NCBI RefSeq assembly: GCF_006345805.1
Contig: NC_043010.1
Coordinates: forward strand, 30,504,001-30,568,000
From: Octopus sinensis
Taxonomy: Eukaryota
Direction: 5' to 3'
Length of the DNA stretch: 64,000 nucleotides
Numbering within the stretch: the stretch's first letter is position 1; each line of letters starts with the position of its first letter. This document shows positions 11,296-24,953 of this stretch, piece after piece. A model generated the notes under the pieces. It saw nothing but the letters and a program-made list of their open reading frames with translations, made no database searches and had not been told where the DNA came from. Position numbers and translations under genes: made by a program.

Positions 11296-11875
11296 AGCGC
11301 AGAAATGACTGTGTGGTTTGGAAGCTCGTTTTGCAACTAGGTGGTTTCGGTTTCAATCTCACTGCGTGGCATTTTGAACTGAATGCCTTCTGCTATAGAG
11401 CCGGAGCGATTAATGCTTTGTGGGTGAATTTTGATTGACGAAAACTCTGCGGAAGCCTGTCGCAGTCGATTATACGTGTATCTTTGTTTGGCGGCGAGCT
11501 GGCAGAAACGTTAGCGCGCCGGGCGAAATGCTTAGCCGTATTTCGTCTGTCGTTACGTTCTGAGTTCAAATTCCACCGAGGTCGACTTTGCCTTTCATCC
11601 TTTCGGGGTCGATAAATAAAGTACCAGTTTCGCACTGGAGTCGATGTAATCGACTTAATCCCTTTGTCTGTCCTTATTTGTCCCCTCTATGTTTAGCCCC
11701 TTGTGGGTAGTAAAGAAATATATACGTGTATCGTTGTTTATTTCTTTCCCCTTGGGAATCAGTATTGGCTTGTCTACGTCCCCGTAACCGAGCAGTTTGA
11801 CATAAGAGACCGATAAAATATATACCAGACGTAAACAAATATCTCAATGACCGAACCAAGTAAAAGATAAAAGAC
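11296..11875 (+). mobile_element. Old SINE-A hosting a SINE-B insertion
   Basis: Head at ~11296-11460, tail at ~11740-11875. Confidence 0.7.
11490..11720 (+). mobile_element. Full-length SINE-B monomer (tRNA head, Meta-like core)
   Basis: GGCGGCGAGCTGGCAG A box, GAGTTCAAATTCC B box; core GGTCGACTTTGCCTTTCATCCTTTCGGGGTCGATAAA resembles the Meta/Sauria-SINE core as I recall it; 19-bp TSD at 11471-11489 and 11721-11739. Confidence 0.92.
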
Positions 11876-12159
11876 TCAAACATATGCATGAAAGCCACAA
11901 CATAGTATTCACCGTAAACAAAAGCAAAGGTATATTACCACAAAAATGTATTGGATGCCAATTTTATTAAATTTTTGGAAAATTATTCTGCTTTTTGTTA
12001 ATCTAATATTTTAAAAATTATCAGAGACGATATTTGGCTTTTTTCCAAAATGGTTGGCTTTGGTAAAATCTTAGAAGCCACTGACTTATTTGATACATTG
12101 GCACTTTTTATAAGCATCTTTAAAATTTTAATTTATCTTTTATATTTGATTTGTTACAG

Positions 12160-12640
12160 TTTTCGGCCATGCTGGAGTGCTACCTTCAAGGGTTTAATCA
12201 AACAAATCAACTATAGTACTTACTATTTTTTAAGTTTGGTTGTTATTTTATCGATTTCCTTTGCTGAACTGCCAGCTTATAGTGACGTATGACGTAAACG
12301 AACCAGCACTAGTTGTTAAATGGTGGTGAGGTGAGGGACATTAGCAAACACGAACTCACGCATATATACACGCACACATACATAAATGTGTGTGTGCATT
12401 ACACAAGCACACATACACACACATACGCGCACACACAAACTTACTCTGTCTCTCTCCCTCTCTCACACACACACACACTCTGTCTGTCTGTCTCTCTCTC
12501 TCTCTCTTTCTCTCTCACATTACAGAACGGCTTTCCACACAGTATTCCTCTACCAAATTCATTCACAAAGCATTGGTTGGTCCGGAGCTACAATAGAAGG
12601 TGCAATGAGACTGAACCTGAAATTACGTGATTGATAAGCG
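12160..12640 (-). mobile_element. Old SINE-A with central CA/CT microsatellite
   Basis: Decayed tail and head halves flank the microsatellite. Confidence 0.7.
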
Positions 12641-13145
12641 AGCTTCTTATCACTCAGTCATGCATGCGTCTAGCACAAATTAACCAGCTGTGTTCCCGAT
12701 ACAATTTATCATTTTTAGTATTCATTTACGTCAGGTATCTGTGCAGTGAATTCAGTATCTTATGGACTACTATCATGATTTATTATACAATTACGTTGAT
12801 TCCATCATTGTCTTTGAGAAATCAATATCCAGTTTCCAATCGCCTTCTGCTAATTTGTTTGATTAGGGGTTTAATAGATTCGCTGTGAGGTGGTGGTCGG
12901 TTGATAAAATTGACAGAATGATGAACAGTTACTGTGCTCGTATTAGAATTGAATGCTTTTACAAGCATGATTATATGATTAAGAAGCTCGCTTTGCAAAC
13001 ACTTGGTTTCTGTTAGTCCAACAGTGCGGTACTTTAAGCAAGTGTCTTCAACTATAGCCTAGGATCGAATGAATACAAGCTGCTTCTGTGGATCGCTTTC
13101 GTTCCTTCTGTGAGAAGTTTGTATCGCGCTTTGCATTTTCAGATA

Positions 13146-13634
13146 CAGTGATCCCTCGCTACTTTGCAGTTCAACTATCGCGGATTTTAAATATATATAT
13201 ATATATATATATATGAACGCCTAAAATTTTTCATTAAATCCATTAAAATATTAATAATAAATATTATTACCTAGTCTAGGAACGACAAAAACGCGTAAAA
13301 TAGCAAAAAAGCATATACAGGGGTATTTGAACTTAAGACGGGCTGTGATTGGTGCAATGGAGAGAGACGACGAATCACAGATTTCTATTTTGTAACCTGG
13401 CCTGTGAAACAGTAACAATCTTTTTTTTTTTAATCTAAAGTGTTATTGCTTAACAGTTGTCCTTGTTATTAACAGACTACTGTAATGGGTGGGTTATTAA
13501 CAGTACAGGGAGGGGTTTAAAAGTCCAAATACACGTTAAATAAATACTGTAAATATGGTGTCCCTACTTCGCGGAAATTCAGTTATCGCGGCTGGTCTCG
13601 GAGCCAATCTACCGCGATAAACGAGGGATCACTG
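13146..13634. mobile_element. Tigger/pogo-like MITE
   Basis: TA|CAGTGATCCCTCG ... CGAGGGATCACTG|TA TIRs with TA TSD. Confidence 0.85.
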
Positions 13635-14150
13635 TATTTCAGCCCTGCGTTCATCTCGACGCTATCGAAGGCTACGAAAGCGTTGTAGATAGCGAAAGCG
13701 ATGCACGGAGACAGCTTGTATTCATTCATTCGTTACATAAGCTGTGTTAGAGTGAATATGTGATCGTACAGTAGCTCCAATTGAAACTTGCTTGCTCCCC
13801 TGGCTGCTGGACATCGAGGTGTTTCGATAGATTGGTGACTAAGACCTTTGGAGACAACTTATAGAGATAAGACAAGAGGCATATGCATGTATGTGTGTGT
13901 GTGTGAGTGTGTATGTATGTATGTATGTATGTATGTATGTATGTATGTATGTATGTATGTATGTATATATGCATGTATGTACATGTGTGTGTGTGCGTGC
14001 GTATGTATTTATATATATATATATATATATATACTTTTTACATGTCTCAGATCTAAGGCTATGGCCATGCTGGAGCACCGCGAATTATTTATATATATAT
14101 ATAGAGAGAGAGAGAGAGAAGGAGAGAGAGAGAGGGAGAGAGAGAGAGAG

Positions 14151-14210
<60 letters not shown>

Positions 14211-14249
14211 TAGATGTGTGTGTTCGCACACACACACACACACACATAC

Positions 14250-14529
14250 TTGTTTCGGTCATTGGACTGGATACTGGACATTACTTAGCATTGACATGCT
14301 GGATCACCGCCTTAGAGGGTTTAGTCGAACAGATCGGCTCTAGTGCTCTTTTAAGTCAGGTACTTATTCTATCGGGCTTTTTTACCGAACCTCTAAGTTA
14401 CGGGGACGTAAAAAAACCAACACCAGTTGTCAAGCAATAGTGGGGGACAAATACAAGAACATACACTCAAGCACACACCTACACACACACACACACACAC
14501 ACACACCACACACACACACACATATATAT

Positions 14530-14575
<46 letters not shown>

Positions 14576-14710
14576 CATGTTTCCACACAGTTTCTCTCTA
14601 CCAAATTCACTGGCCTGCCAGAAACTATAATAGAAGATACTTGACGAAGGTTTTGCACAGTGGATCTGAACTTGAGACTATGTGGTTACAAAGTGAGCTT
14701 GTGAACCAAT
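14250..14710 (-). mobile_element. Old SINE-A
   Basis: Tail, central CA/TA array and head halves all recognisable. Confidence 0.75.
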
Positions 14711-15338
14711 AATTGTCTGGAGCAGACGTGACTTCAGTTTTATTTCTTCTTGGTTGGGTAAACATCACGTCGTTTAAAAATGATCTTAGGTTGTGGTTCA
14801 TGTCACATTTAACAGAATATGTAAATCTCTCTCTGAAGTTTCTAGTTGCAGCTTCAGACATAACATGGCATTTCAGATTCCTCTGTGTACTAAACTAATG
14901 CAGTAACCAATCTTTCCCTTTATGTTGATTTAAATGTATAACACTTTATCATATAACTGTGAAATGCATCAGAGATTTCCAGCACAAAATGGAGAGTCTT
15001 TTTTTCAGTTGAGTAGAATTTTTTCTTGTTTTTTTTTCCTTTTAACGATAGCAAAATGGTCAGGCATGGAGAAGGCGTAGAATATTATCTGGTGTCCACT
15101 GGGAACAGTCATGTTAGATAATACTGTGCTACGGTTCTAGAAAACAGATAAATGGCTAATACTAAAGTGTTAAAAAGTCATATACAAAATTGACATAGTC
15201 CATTCTATAAACTCTCTGAAAGTAGCTTATGTTTGTATATATGTAAGTCCATATTACACATCCGCGTGCGCCTATATATGCATATGTTTGTGAATGCATG
15301 TCTACATGTATATGCAGTCATACATACACAACCCATAC

Positions 15339-15369
<31 letters not shown>

Positions 15370-15506
15370 CATACATACATACATACATACATACATACAT
15401 ACACGTATGCATACAGATATACATACATACATGTATGCATACATACATACATACATATATACGTAAATACATACATTCATAAATACATACATACATGCAT
15501 ACATAC

Positions 15507-15856
15507 ATGCAATGTTTGCATACATGAGGTTGATAACATCATAAGACTTGGAAGGCAGCTCCTTGAGCAACACTGTCTGATAACCTAGAATACATACCCA
15601 AAGAAGTCGCACGATTCTACAGCAACATATCATCAGATGAAAGGATGAGCGTGAATGAGCAGAAGACCATGCATGGATATATTAGTAGAAAGCTCAGAGA
15701 TGATAGTAACATTGATCATCAAAGCAGTCTATCATGGACCAACAACCAGATTACTGCCTCCCACCTTGAAGGGTATGCGTTTGCAATCCAGAAACAGGAA
15801 ATATCAATAAAATATCTGATGTACAAAAGGGACAGGTGTAGGAAAAGCAATAAAAT
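15507..15856 (+). mobile_element. Second R4/Dong fragment, near-identical to 4279-4632
   Basis: Same 5' boundary (CA[C/T]GCAATGTTTGC) after (TACA)n; small indels; breaks off after AAAGCAATAAAAT. Confidence 0.85.
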
Positions 15857-16019
15857 CCTGCAAATAATTTTGTGTGTGTGTTTGTGTGTTTATGTGTGTG
15901 TGTGTGTGTGTGTGTGCGTGCGTGTGCGTGTATGTATAAATCGGTTGAACCGATCCTTGCACTAGAATCGGAGTAAACTAGCAGTTGTTTGCGTAGGTAA
16001 GCAGAAAATTCAAAAATTT

Positions 16020-16900
16020 CAAAAATTCTAATCTCGAGAAAAAGGTAAAGTCTACCGTTCAAGGATGACTTTTGCAGTAAGGAAGTCAGTGTTTGGTAAG
16101 GCTATTCATCCAAAGAAGAGCTCTGATAGAAATGCCAGATTTCTCCTCTTTTTCCTGTCAAACAAACTTGTTCCTTATTGTAAACATCGTTTTATATCTT
16201 TACGGCCTACGCGTGATGAGACATTGGAAGGTCTCACACAAGTTTTTTCCGCTTCTGAAACAGTCTAATATGGATACTTACCGATGTGTTTTGTCCTTGT
16301 TATCAATTTCACTTGGCTGTAGTGAAAAAGAAATATCAGTGAAAAGGAGATATGGACGAAGAGCTAAGATAAGGAATGTTTTAATAAATGTGGAAGTTGG
16401 AAACTTCTGGTCTGGCATTATCCGTCAGTAAAATAGAGGATTAGGGAAAATATGGCAAAAGGGATGCTTTTCATTTTATTTTTCATTTATTTGACGAAAA
16501 GGAAGGCAGCATCTGGGACATTTTTTAAGGGTTTCTGAGACTGATAAGAGTAAAAGAGGAAGTTGTCCACAGACCAGACGCCTGAGTTGACTACTTACAA
16601 CAGGTCTGATTCCACTAATGGCATCCAAAAGCCATTTGTTGGTGTTGAATGGAACAATGAATTAGGTTTACCCCCAACAATATTGATTTTCTCCTGTGTC
16701 AATCCTGTTTAAGAGAAGAAGTTATAGGGAGGATTTGTTTTAAAGCTGTAGATTTTCGAAGAATAGTAATACAATAAGGACAGTGACCAAAAGAGGAACA
16801 GAATTAACATAGGCTTTAGTAGAAATCATAGAAGAAGGATATGAAGTTCATGCCTCATAGCAGGTTTAAAGGTTGAAATCATGAGAGTCGGATGTTAATC
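16020..16900 (-). mobile_element. Possible highly decayed LINE (RT-like) fragment
   Basis: Broken minus-strand segments such as DIKRCL and KSGISIRALLWMNS loosely follow the D.SKAFD...G.S..L.W..SFL RT pattern. Confidence 0.3.
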
Positions 16901-16959
16901 AAGTCTGTTGTTCGATAGTTGATCTCATATCACTTTGACGACCGCATCAATACAAACAC

Positions 16960-17690
16960 AAACTCAAACACACTAAACAAAAACACATACATGAAGACAG
17001 AAGACAAACACTCTCACACAGAAAATATAAACGCGCACAAGCACACGCACACACATACACACACTAATACAAAAGTGAGTCATCGCTTCAGTTGTATTCA
17101 ATCTTACACAATAAGCAATATTATTAAATGTTATTTAGTTTCTGATCGGTTCAGTTTCATCATAATTGAAAGTAATATACACAAATATACACAAAGAAAG
17201 GCACTTACGAGCAGACACTCACACGCAGACACACATAAACAGATGCATAGGACATACACATGCAGATATACAGTTGCACTCACATTCACACTGACACTGT
17301 GAATGTCAGACACTGACATTCACACAGACATATACCCAAACATCTATATATCTATATACACAGATATATATGGACAAGCACATGCATACATAGGCATATG
17401 CACACATATAAACACATATACACACAAATGCACCTATGTGCACACTCTCAGACACATGTACAGATGTGCACAGAGGCAAATGCATACACACACATACACA
17501 GGTGCACACAAACATACACACTGGCATACACACACAGACATATAGACACTGACACACACACAGACATATACCCACATATATATACACAAACATACATTGA
17601 CAAACACAGATAAACACACACACACGCACGCACAAACAAACACACACACACAACACACACACACACACACACACACAAAGTACCAAAAAA
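16960..17690 (+). repeat. Degenerate CA-rich low-complexity tract
   Basis: About 700 bp of interrupted (CA)n/(CATA)n. Confidence 0.9.
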
Positions 17691-17925
17691 CGAGACAATA
17701 TAATTTATTTTATTGCTAGAACATTCTATATTGTCTGCTCTAATTCTGTAAATTAGTTACTGAATTATAATTAAAAACAAAACAAGAGAAAATAATTTTG
17801 TTTCACCAACTAAAAGGAAATTTCAATTAAGTAATGAGTTTGTTTTTGCTACGTCTTTATAATTCAAAGTCATGCCCTTATACATTTGGGTAGTTTCCCT
17901 TCCCTCAACCTTTTGTTTTTAATTA

Positions 17926-18175
17926 CCGTAAATCCTCGAGTATAATCCGCATGTTTTTCCCAAAATTTAATGGTCAAAATCCCTAGTGCGTACTATATAC
18001 GAGGTTAAAAATGAAAATTATTTTCTAAGCAATGTCCGAATCTCTATTTGCTGTCCGGCAATGTTTATTCGCACGACTTAAGTTAGAGAAGTGGTTTAGG
18101 TTTTTCAGAGGTACAGCCCCCTAAAAATCCCCTGCGTATTATACTCAAGGGCGGACTATACTCGAGGATTTACTG
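17926..18175. mobile_element. Tc2/pogo-like MITE
   Basis: TA|CCGTAAATCCTCGAGTATAATCCGC ... GCGGACTATACTCGAGGATTTACTG|TA, 25-bp TIRs with 2 mismatches. Confidence 0.85.
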
Positions 18176-19219
18176 TATGCAAATTTTGCCGGTCAAAAAT
18201 TTTCATAACTCTCTTCCTATATCTAAACATACGTGAAATAATCCAAGTATTCCCGAGCAAACCAATGAATGCTGACGAGGCTTGAAAAAGCTGCAACATG
18301 TCTATGGTTCTTCCTCTTCTCTGCAAGCAAATATATAGTTCCCCAGCATATGAACTAATTTGTCAAATTAATTCTTTTTTTTTATTATTATTTTCTGTTT
18401 TCTGAGAATCGCTAACAATTACCGCTAGGTTTTGAGTTTTCTTTCTCCATCTAAGAGGTAAATTTCAACAAATCGAGGTATTTCTGCGTATGTCTTTCAA
18501 TAAACCACCTCTCAACTTATTGATAGAAAACACCATCTGCTATACCAAACTAACGAGGAAGACTACACGGTCGCTAGGTCTGGTAGAAATAATAGCCAAT
18601 ACCTCCCTAAATTATAACGGATTGGTGGTAGCTGATCAATCGTGATTGATCCGAAACTAAATAACAACGCTAACACAGTAATACAGGCCAACGAAGATGT
18701 CTCTATGTGGTCCCTAAATCTACTAGAAATAGTAGGCAAACTCCCTTATATCATATCCTGGCGTCTTGAAAGACGTATTGGAAAAAGGCAGGGTACACTG
18801 GGGCATATTGAAAGATTGATTGGAAAAGGGCATCGTATACTGGGGCATATTAGGAAATATTGGTGCGGAATGGGTTCGATACGTTACTAATTGGTCATAA
18901 TATCGATCTCTATTTGTCAAACCACAATAGAACACAGCGGAAACACACCGATTTTAGACACATACATATATATCGGTTTAAAATTTTGACACAAAGCGAG
19001 CAATTTCGGGTGAGGGGTTTAGTCGATTACATCGACCCCAGTGCTCAACTGGTACTTATTTAATCGATCTCGAAAGGATGAAAGTTAAAATCGACCTCAG
19101 ATGAATTTGAACTCAAACAAAATGCCGCTAAGCATTTTCCCCGGCATGCCAACAAGCCAGCCAGCTCACTGCCAGCCCTCTGTCAATATGACAGAGATAT
19201 TATATATGTATATATATTA

Positions 19220-19367
19220 AAATTCCGCCGAGGTCGACTTTGAGTTTCACCCTCTCGGGATAGATTAAATAAGTACCAGTTACGCACTGGGGTCGCTGTA
19301 ATCGACTTAATCCCTTTGTCCTTGTTTGTTCCCTCTGTGTTTAGTCCCCTGTGGGCAATAAAGAAAT
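19220..19367 (+). mobile_element. 5'-truncated SINE-B
   Basis: Starts AAATTCCGCCGAGGTCGAC, ends GCAATAAAGAAATA. Confidence 0.85.
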
Positions 19368-20274
19368 ATATATATATATATAATATATATTATATATATA
19401 TATATATATTACTCATTTACAGCTGAGTGGGCTGGAGCAAAGTGAAATGGAGTGTTTTGCTCAAGAACACAACGTTAAACATCCACAAAGTTACCGTCTG
19501 TCAAATACCATTCACAAGCTTTTGATCGACTAGAGGCTAGGTCAGATGACACTGAAGGTGCCATGCCGTGAGATTCGCTGCGTAACGAATTTCATGACCA
19601 TTCAATCAAATTTTGACGGCAGGAATACAATAGAGCACCAATAGTACTTATTCTTTTGACCCAGAAGAATGAAGTTGAGCACGGTGTCATTTGAACTTAG
19701 CACGTAAAGGGACGTAAGTAAATTCCTCAAGTTATTTTTTCACCGCGCTACCGATACTGTCAGTTCAAAATAATAGTTTCAAATTTTGGCCCAAGGCCTA
19801 CAATTTTGGAGGAGGGGGCTAAGTCGATTACGAATCGGTTACCCCAGCACTTGACTGCTACTTTATTTTATTGATTTTGAAAGGATGAAAGGCATGGTTA
19901 ATCTCGGTGAATTTGAGCTCAGAACGAAGAGCCAGAAGAAATGCTGCGAAGTATTTTGTTCAATGCGTTAACGATTCTGCTAGCTCGCTGCTCTTACGAC
20001 TAATATATAACTTAAAAAACAGAAAGTGTGTAACTCACATTTCACACTTATTCTCTAACCACCACCACCACCACCGCCGCTACCGCCACCGCCACCCGTC
20101 ATTCTGCAATTCAAACAGGCAGACGAGATGAATTGACAACAAAAAGAAGTGGAAAGAGAAAGGCGAGAAAGAAAAGTACAAAAATATTCATTGAATAGAA
20201 GCACACATAGGGTGCCGAGTCTATTTTTGGTGTTGCTCGCAGAAGGGAATTGTTTTGTTGGGGGCGAATTAGTC

Positions 20275-20346
<72 letters not shown>

Positions 20347-20367
20347 TCTCTCCTCTCTCTCTCTCTT

Positions 20368-20405
<38 letters not shown>

Positions 20406-20599
20406 CTCTCTCCTCTATCTCTCTCTCTCTCTTTTTGTCTGTGTGATGTCTACAGGTAGACAGACAGAGCAACAACTATTTATACATATTGAACATAAAT
20501 ATATATATATACACACACACAAGCGTACATACATACGTACATATATCTGTGCGCGCGTGCTTCTGTTGTGTACCTACATATATATATATATAAACATAA

Positions 20600-20728
20600 G
20601 GGGCTTCCTTCAGTTTCCGTCTACCAAGTCCGCTCACAGGGCTTCGGTCGTCCTGGTGCCATAACGAAAGACATTTGCCCAAAGTGCCACGCAGTAGGAC
20701 TGTAGCCGGAACCATGTGGTTCGGAAGT

Positions 20729-20730
<2 letters not shown>
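20600..20730 (-). mobile_element. SINE-A 5' half
   Basis: CAGTTTCCGTCTACCAA...GCCCAAAGTGCCACGCAGT...GGAACCATGTGG. Confidence 0.8.
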
Positions 20731-20765
<35 letters not shown>

Positions 20766-21131
20766 CGTGTGTGCGTGCGTGTACATGCGTGCACGTGTGT
20801 GTATATAAACATACACACACATATACACACTCATACACACTCACATAAACACATGCACACACTATTTATAGTGGTATCGGCCGAAAGGCGGGAATAATAA
20901 ATCGACCCCATTACTTTACTGATACATTATTTTATCGACCCTAAATGGATGGAATGCAAATTTTACCTCAACCGGATTTGAACTCAGGTAATAAAGAGCC
21001 AGTATTCTATTGGAAAGTATTTTATCCGACGCCTTCATGATTCTACAAATACACTAACCAATCGAACTGCTGCTGCTGTTACTACTACTACTACTACTAC
21101 TACTAATAATAATAATAATAATAATAATAAT

Positions 21132-21174
<43 letters not shown>

Positions 21175-21532
21175 CAGTGCTGCTGCATTGCTACTGTTGT
21201 TCTTTAATCCTAAATTTAAGGGTGAGTGAACAGACTCATGATGAGAGGCGTTCCAGCCGAGACCATACCATCTTTATTTCGGGCATAGTGTAGCGTGGAC
21301 CAGTTCTTTTAAGATTGTAAAAGTATTATCCAATGACCACGTGGAGGTACGCACATTTTATTGTGTCGGGTATCGTTGCAGCTGTTGTCATGTTGTGGTC
21401 ACCGTTGTTGATGCAGTTGTGATGTCAATGCTGTTGTTGTTTTTGCTGCAGCTGTTGGTGTGCAGTGTTGCTGTTTGTGTTGTTGATAATATTGTTGTTG
21501 TTAATGCTGTTTGATGTTGCTGTTGTTGTGGT

Positions 21533-21674
21533 TGGCTGTGTGGTAAGTAGCTTGCTAACCAACCACATGGTTCCGGGTTCAGTCCCACTGCGTGGCATCT
21601 TGGGCTATAGCCCCGGGCCGACCAATGCCTTGTGAGTGGATTTGGTAGACAGAAACTGAAAGAAGCCTGTTGTA

Positions 21675-21717
<43 letters not shown>

Positions 21718-21933
21718 TTGTGTGTCTGTGTGTGTCCCCCTGGCATTGCTTGACAACCGATACTGGTGTGTTTACGTCCCCGTAACTTAGCGGTTCGGCA
21801 AAAGTGACCGATAGAATAAGTACTGGGCTTACAAAGAATAAGTCCTGGGGTTGATTTGCTCGACTAAAGGTGGTGCTCCAGCATGGCCGCAGTCAAATGA
21901 CTGAAACAAGTAAAAGAGTAAAAGAGTAAAGAG
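21533..21933 (+). mobile_element. Near-complete SINE-A (tRNA head, CORE-like domain, internal (TA)n(TG)n, (GTAAAAGA)n tail)
   Basis: Family consensus GTGGCACCTTGGGCAAGT resembles the CORE motif GTGACCTTGGGCAAGT; ends AAATGACTGAAACAAGTAAAAGAGTAAAAGAG. Confidence 0.92.
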
Positions 21934-22349
21934 TATTGTTGTTGATGTGGATCGTTGCTGTTGCTACAGCTATGGTTGTTGTTTACGCTGTTGTTTGATG
22001 TTGCTGTTGTTTTTGTGATCACTCATCATAAAAGCGCCATATTTAGTTTATCGGTTCAATCCATTGTCGTTGTGTCTATTGTTGTAGCATTCAAAGCCGT
22101 TGCCTAGAAACAATAAGAGAACTGGCCCATTGTGTGCGTGTGTGTGTACGCGCGCGCGTGTAGGACATGTGTGTATGTGTGTATATACTACGTAATGTAT
22201 ATGCTATACTATTTGTGTGTGTATGTTGGTATCCTATTCGTCTCCTTCCACTACTAATGTGTACGATCATCTCAACTAGATTTATTCAATTGAACAGATA
22301 TCGATGACTTTAAAGACTTACAAAGGACGCTGGCTCGCTGTATGGTATC

Positions 22350-22418
22350 AGTAGTAGAGTGGTCATCACCATAATTACCCTCACTATCATCATCTCCACC
22401 ACCACCGCCACCACCACC

Positions 22419-22449
<31 letters not shown>

Positions 22450-22506
22450 CCATCACCATCATCATCATCATCTCCACCACCACCGCCACCACCGTCGTCG
22501 TCGTCG

Positions 22507-22560
<54 letters not shown>

Positions 22561-22600
22561 CCATCATCACCATCCTCTTCCAAATCTTTCAATATTGCCA
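22350..22600 (+). repeat. (CAT)n/(CAC)n triplet microsatellite
   Basis: Seen directly. Confidence 0.95.
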
Positions 22601-23543
22601 AGCAGCTTTGATTCAGCAATGTGATTACTTCTAAGACCACTATCATTTCAGTCCCGTTTCTCAATATTTAATACAACAGACATCTTAAAATACACTATTA
22701 CCACAACAACCATCATAATTCCCCCCACAGTCATTATCACCACGACTATCACCACCATCCTCATCACCGTCACCACAACTACAACCATCAGTTACAACCC
22801 GCCGCCTCGTATCGGCACTATATATATAGTCTATCAATCCTGAAAGGAGGAAATCAAGGTTGTCCTTGGCAACAATTAAACTCAGAATCGCAGTGAACCT
22901 GATCGAATACCGCAAGACATTCTACTTGACTCTCTAATGACTCTGTCAGTTTATAAGTATCAATCCAGGACAAGCCTCCGGGTTAAAGAAATCGTAGTTA
23001 TCAGCTTTGTATGAAGAACTTTTATAACCGAATTGTCATTATGTACAGTGCACATTATTTTTCTCTCCTATGACAATATTCCGAACTTCAAATAGTTTGA
23101 AAGTTTGTGCATGCTGAGGTACCCATTAAATATTTATAAGAAATAAGGTAGGATTATCATAAATTTTTAATAGTTCAATAAACTAGTCATTTTTAATCTC
23201 GAAATCCAGGGATATGCAAAATGTCTTTCAACTACAATAGTACCTATTTGTGACTTGACATTGCTATTATGAAGTAGGTACACGTAGTACTAGGTTTAGA
23301 CTGAGCCATAACATGAGTATATTCCTTAGTTTGTATTTGAGTTGTACACGCCAGGGTCAGTAATCCTTGTCGATTTCAACACCTTTAGATTTTCCTTCAA
23401 AGAATTTAAGTTTCCATCCATAATCGAGACATTCCGGAACATTTCATCGTTAAATGGGACAAATTTAGTCACCAGTCGAGACATCAGGAAGACCATTAGA
23501 ACAAGGCCTTTCCCAGTCAAACTGAGACGTATGGTAAACCTGG

Positions 23544-23609
<66 letters not shown>

Positions 23610-24161
23610 AGGGACATTAGCCAACCGAATATGGCTAGGGATAGGGCAGGGTGGTGGGGGTGTCACTGTTGCATTTAGCTCCAGGCGAACATCAACGTCA
23701 CCAGATAGGCCGACGCCATCACGGCGTCCTTTATCTTGCAAAGGGAGATCATTCCCCAAGAAGCGGATGCCACACACGGACCTAGGTTTCAAGGTGTATT
23801 GCCTATTATCAACGTGTGGTAGGCACCGCTTCTCGACGAACGACACACCGTGCAAGATATATATAAAGATTTTCAAGTAAATACATTTACTGATTTCGAA
23901 AATCTGTTCGACAGCAATAATAATTCTCTTTCTAAGATATATATGAGTAGTAGAATTAATCCTTAACTTGCTTTATCACCACGATCTGTCGCCTTGTGTG
24001 CTTTTAGTAGAGGTCGCTCTTTATCAAGAATTGGTGGGACGTGGCCTCATGTTTGAGGATGTATTCCTCACTCCCTCCCACCAGTTTCTTAAGCACCTGT
24101 GAAGTGTCACAGACGCGCTATCCTTTCATCTTCACTAAAAGCTTTTGCGTGTGTCTGTGTG

Positions 24162-24195
<34 letters not shown>

Positions 24196-24282
24196 CATAT
24201 ATATATATAAATATGTGTGTGTGTGCGTGTGTGTGTATATATAAGTATATATATATATACACATACATACATACATACATAC

Positions 24283-24392
24283 AAAAATATTCTGTTGTTG
24301 AAGTTGAAATTCAAATGAAGGAACCTTGGGTCTAGGTTAGAAACCGGTTCTTTCTCTCTTGGCAAGAAATCTTGAAATAAACTGAATCATTA
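24283..24392 (+). mobile_element. ~110-bp element embedded in (TACA)n
   Basis: Homologous to 5616-5712; TACA on both sides; internal stem AAGGAACC/GGTTCTTT. Confidence 0.7.
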
Positions 24393-24786
24393 CATACATA
24401 CATATATAATTTAACATTGCCTTAGTTGCATATACCAAATTCTTATTCAGCCAGGCGGCTATTGACAGCAACAGCGAATCTTTTATTTACTGTTTTCCCA
24501 CATTGAAAACGACGGATTCTCAGGAAATCATGTGGCTAACTACAAATAAGCGCCACGGAAAAAGTCCACAGGGCCGAAATACATTTGTACTTCTTGCTAT
24601 CTGCTGTTGGGACGAATTTCTTTCTCCCTCCGATATTTGTGTTTTAACACAGCACGTTCATGGGACGTTATCTTGGGGCAAATGCCACAATAATTGGCCT
24701 GTGAACAGTATATATACATTATCTATGATACATAGATAGCTACGCATGCATACGTATATGTGTGTATGTCATTCTCTCTCCCTGTG

Positions 24787-24822
<36 letters not shown>

Positions 24823-24825
<3 letters not shown>

Positions 24826-24953
24826 GGTGTCCCCAAAAAATGTATACACACCTTAAATAATTGTAAATTTGTTATTCTTTGTAAGCCTAGTACTTATTCT
24901 ATCGTTCTCTTTTGCCGAACCACTATGTGTATACATTTTTTGGGGACACCCTG
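24823..24953. mobile_element. Tc1/mariner-type MITE with captured SINE-A fragment
   Basis: Perfect 28-bp TIRs CAGGGTGTCCCCAAAAAATGTATACACA at 24823-24850 and 24926-24953; TA on the right (CA on the left). Confidence 0.9.

Noticed and set aside
18272-18305. CTGACGAG...GAAA
   Set aside because: No proper stem II, G at the cleavage position, and stem I out of register.
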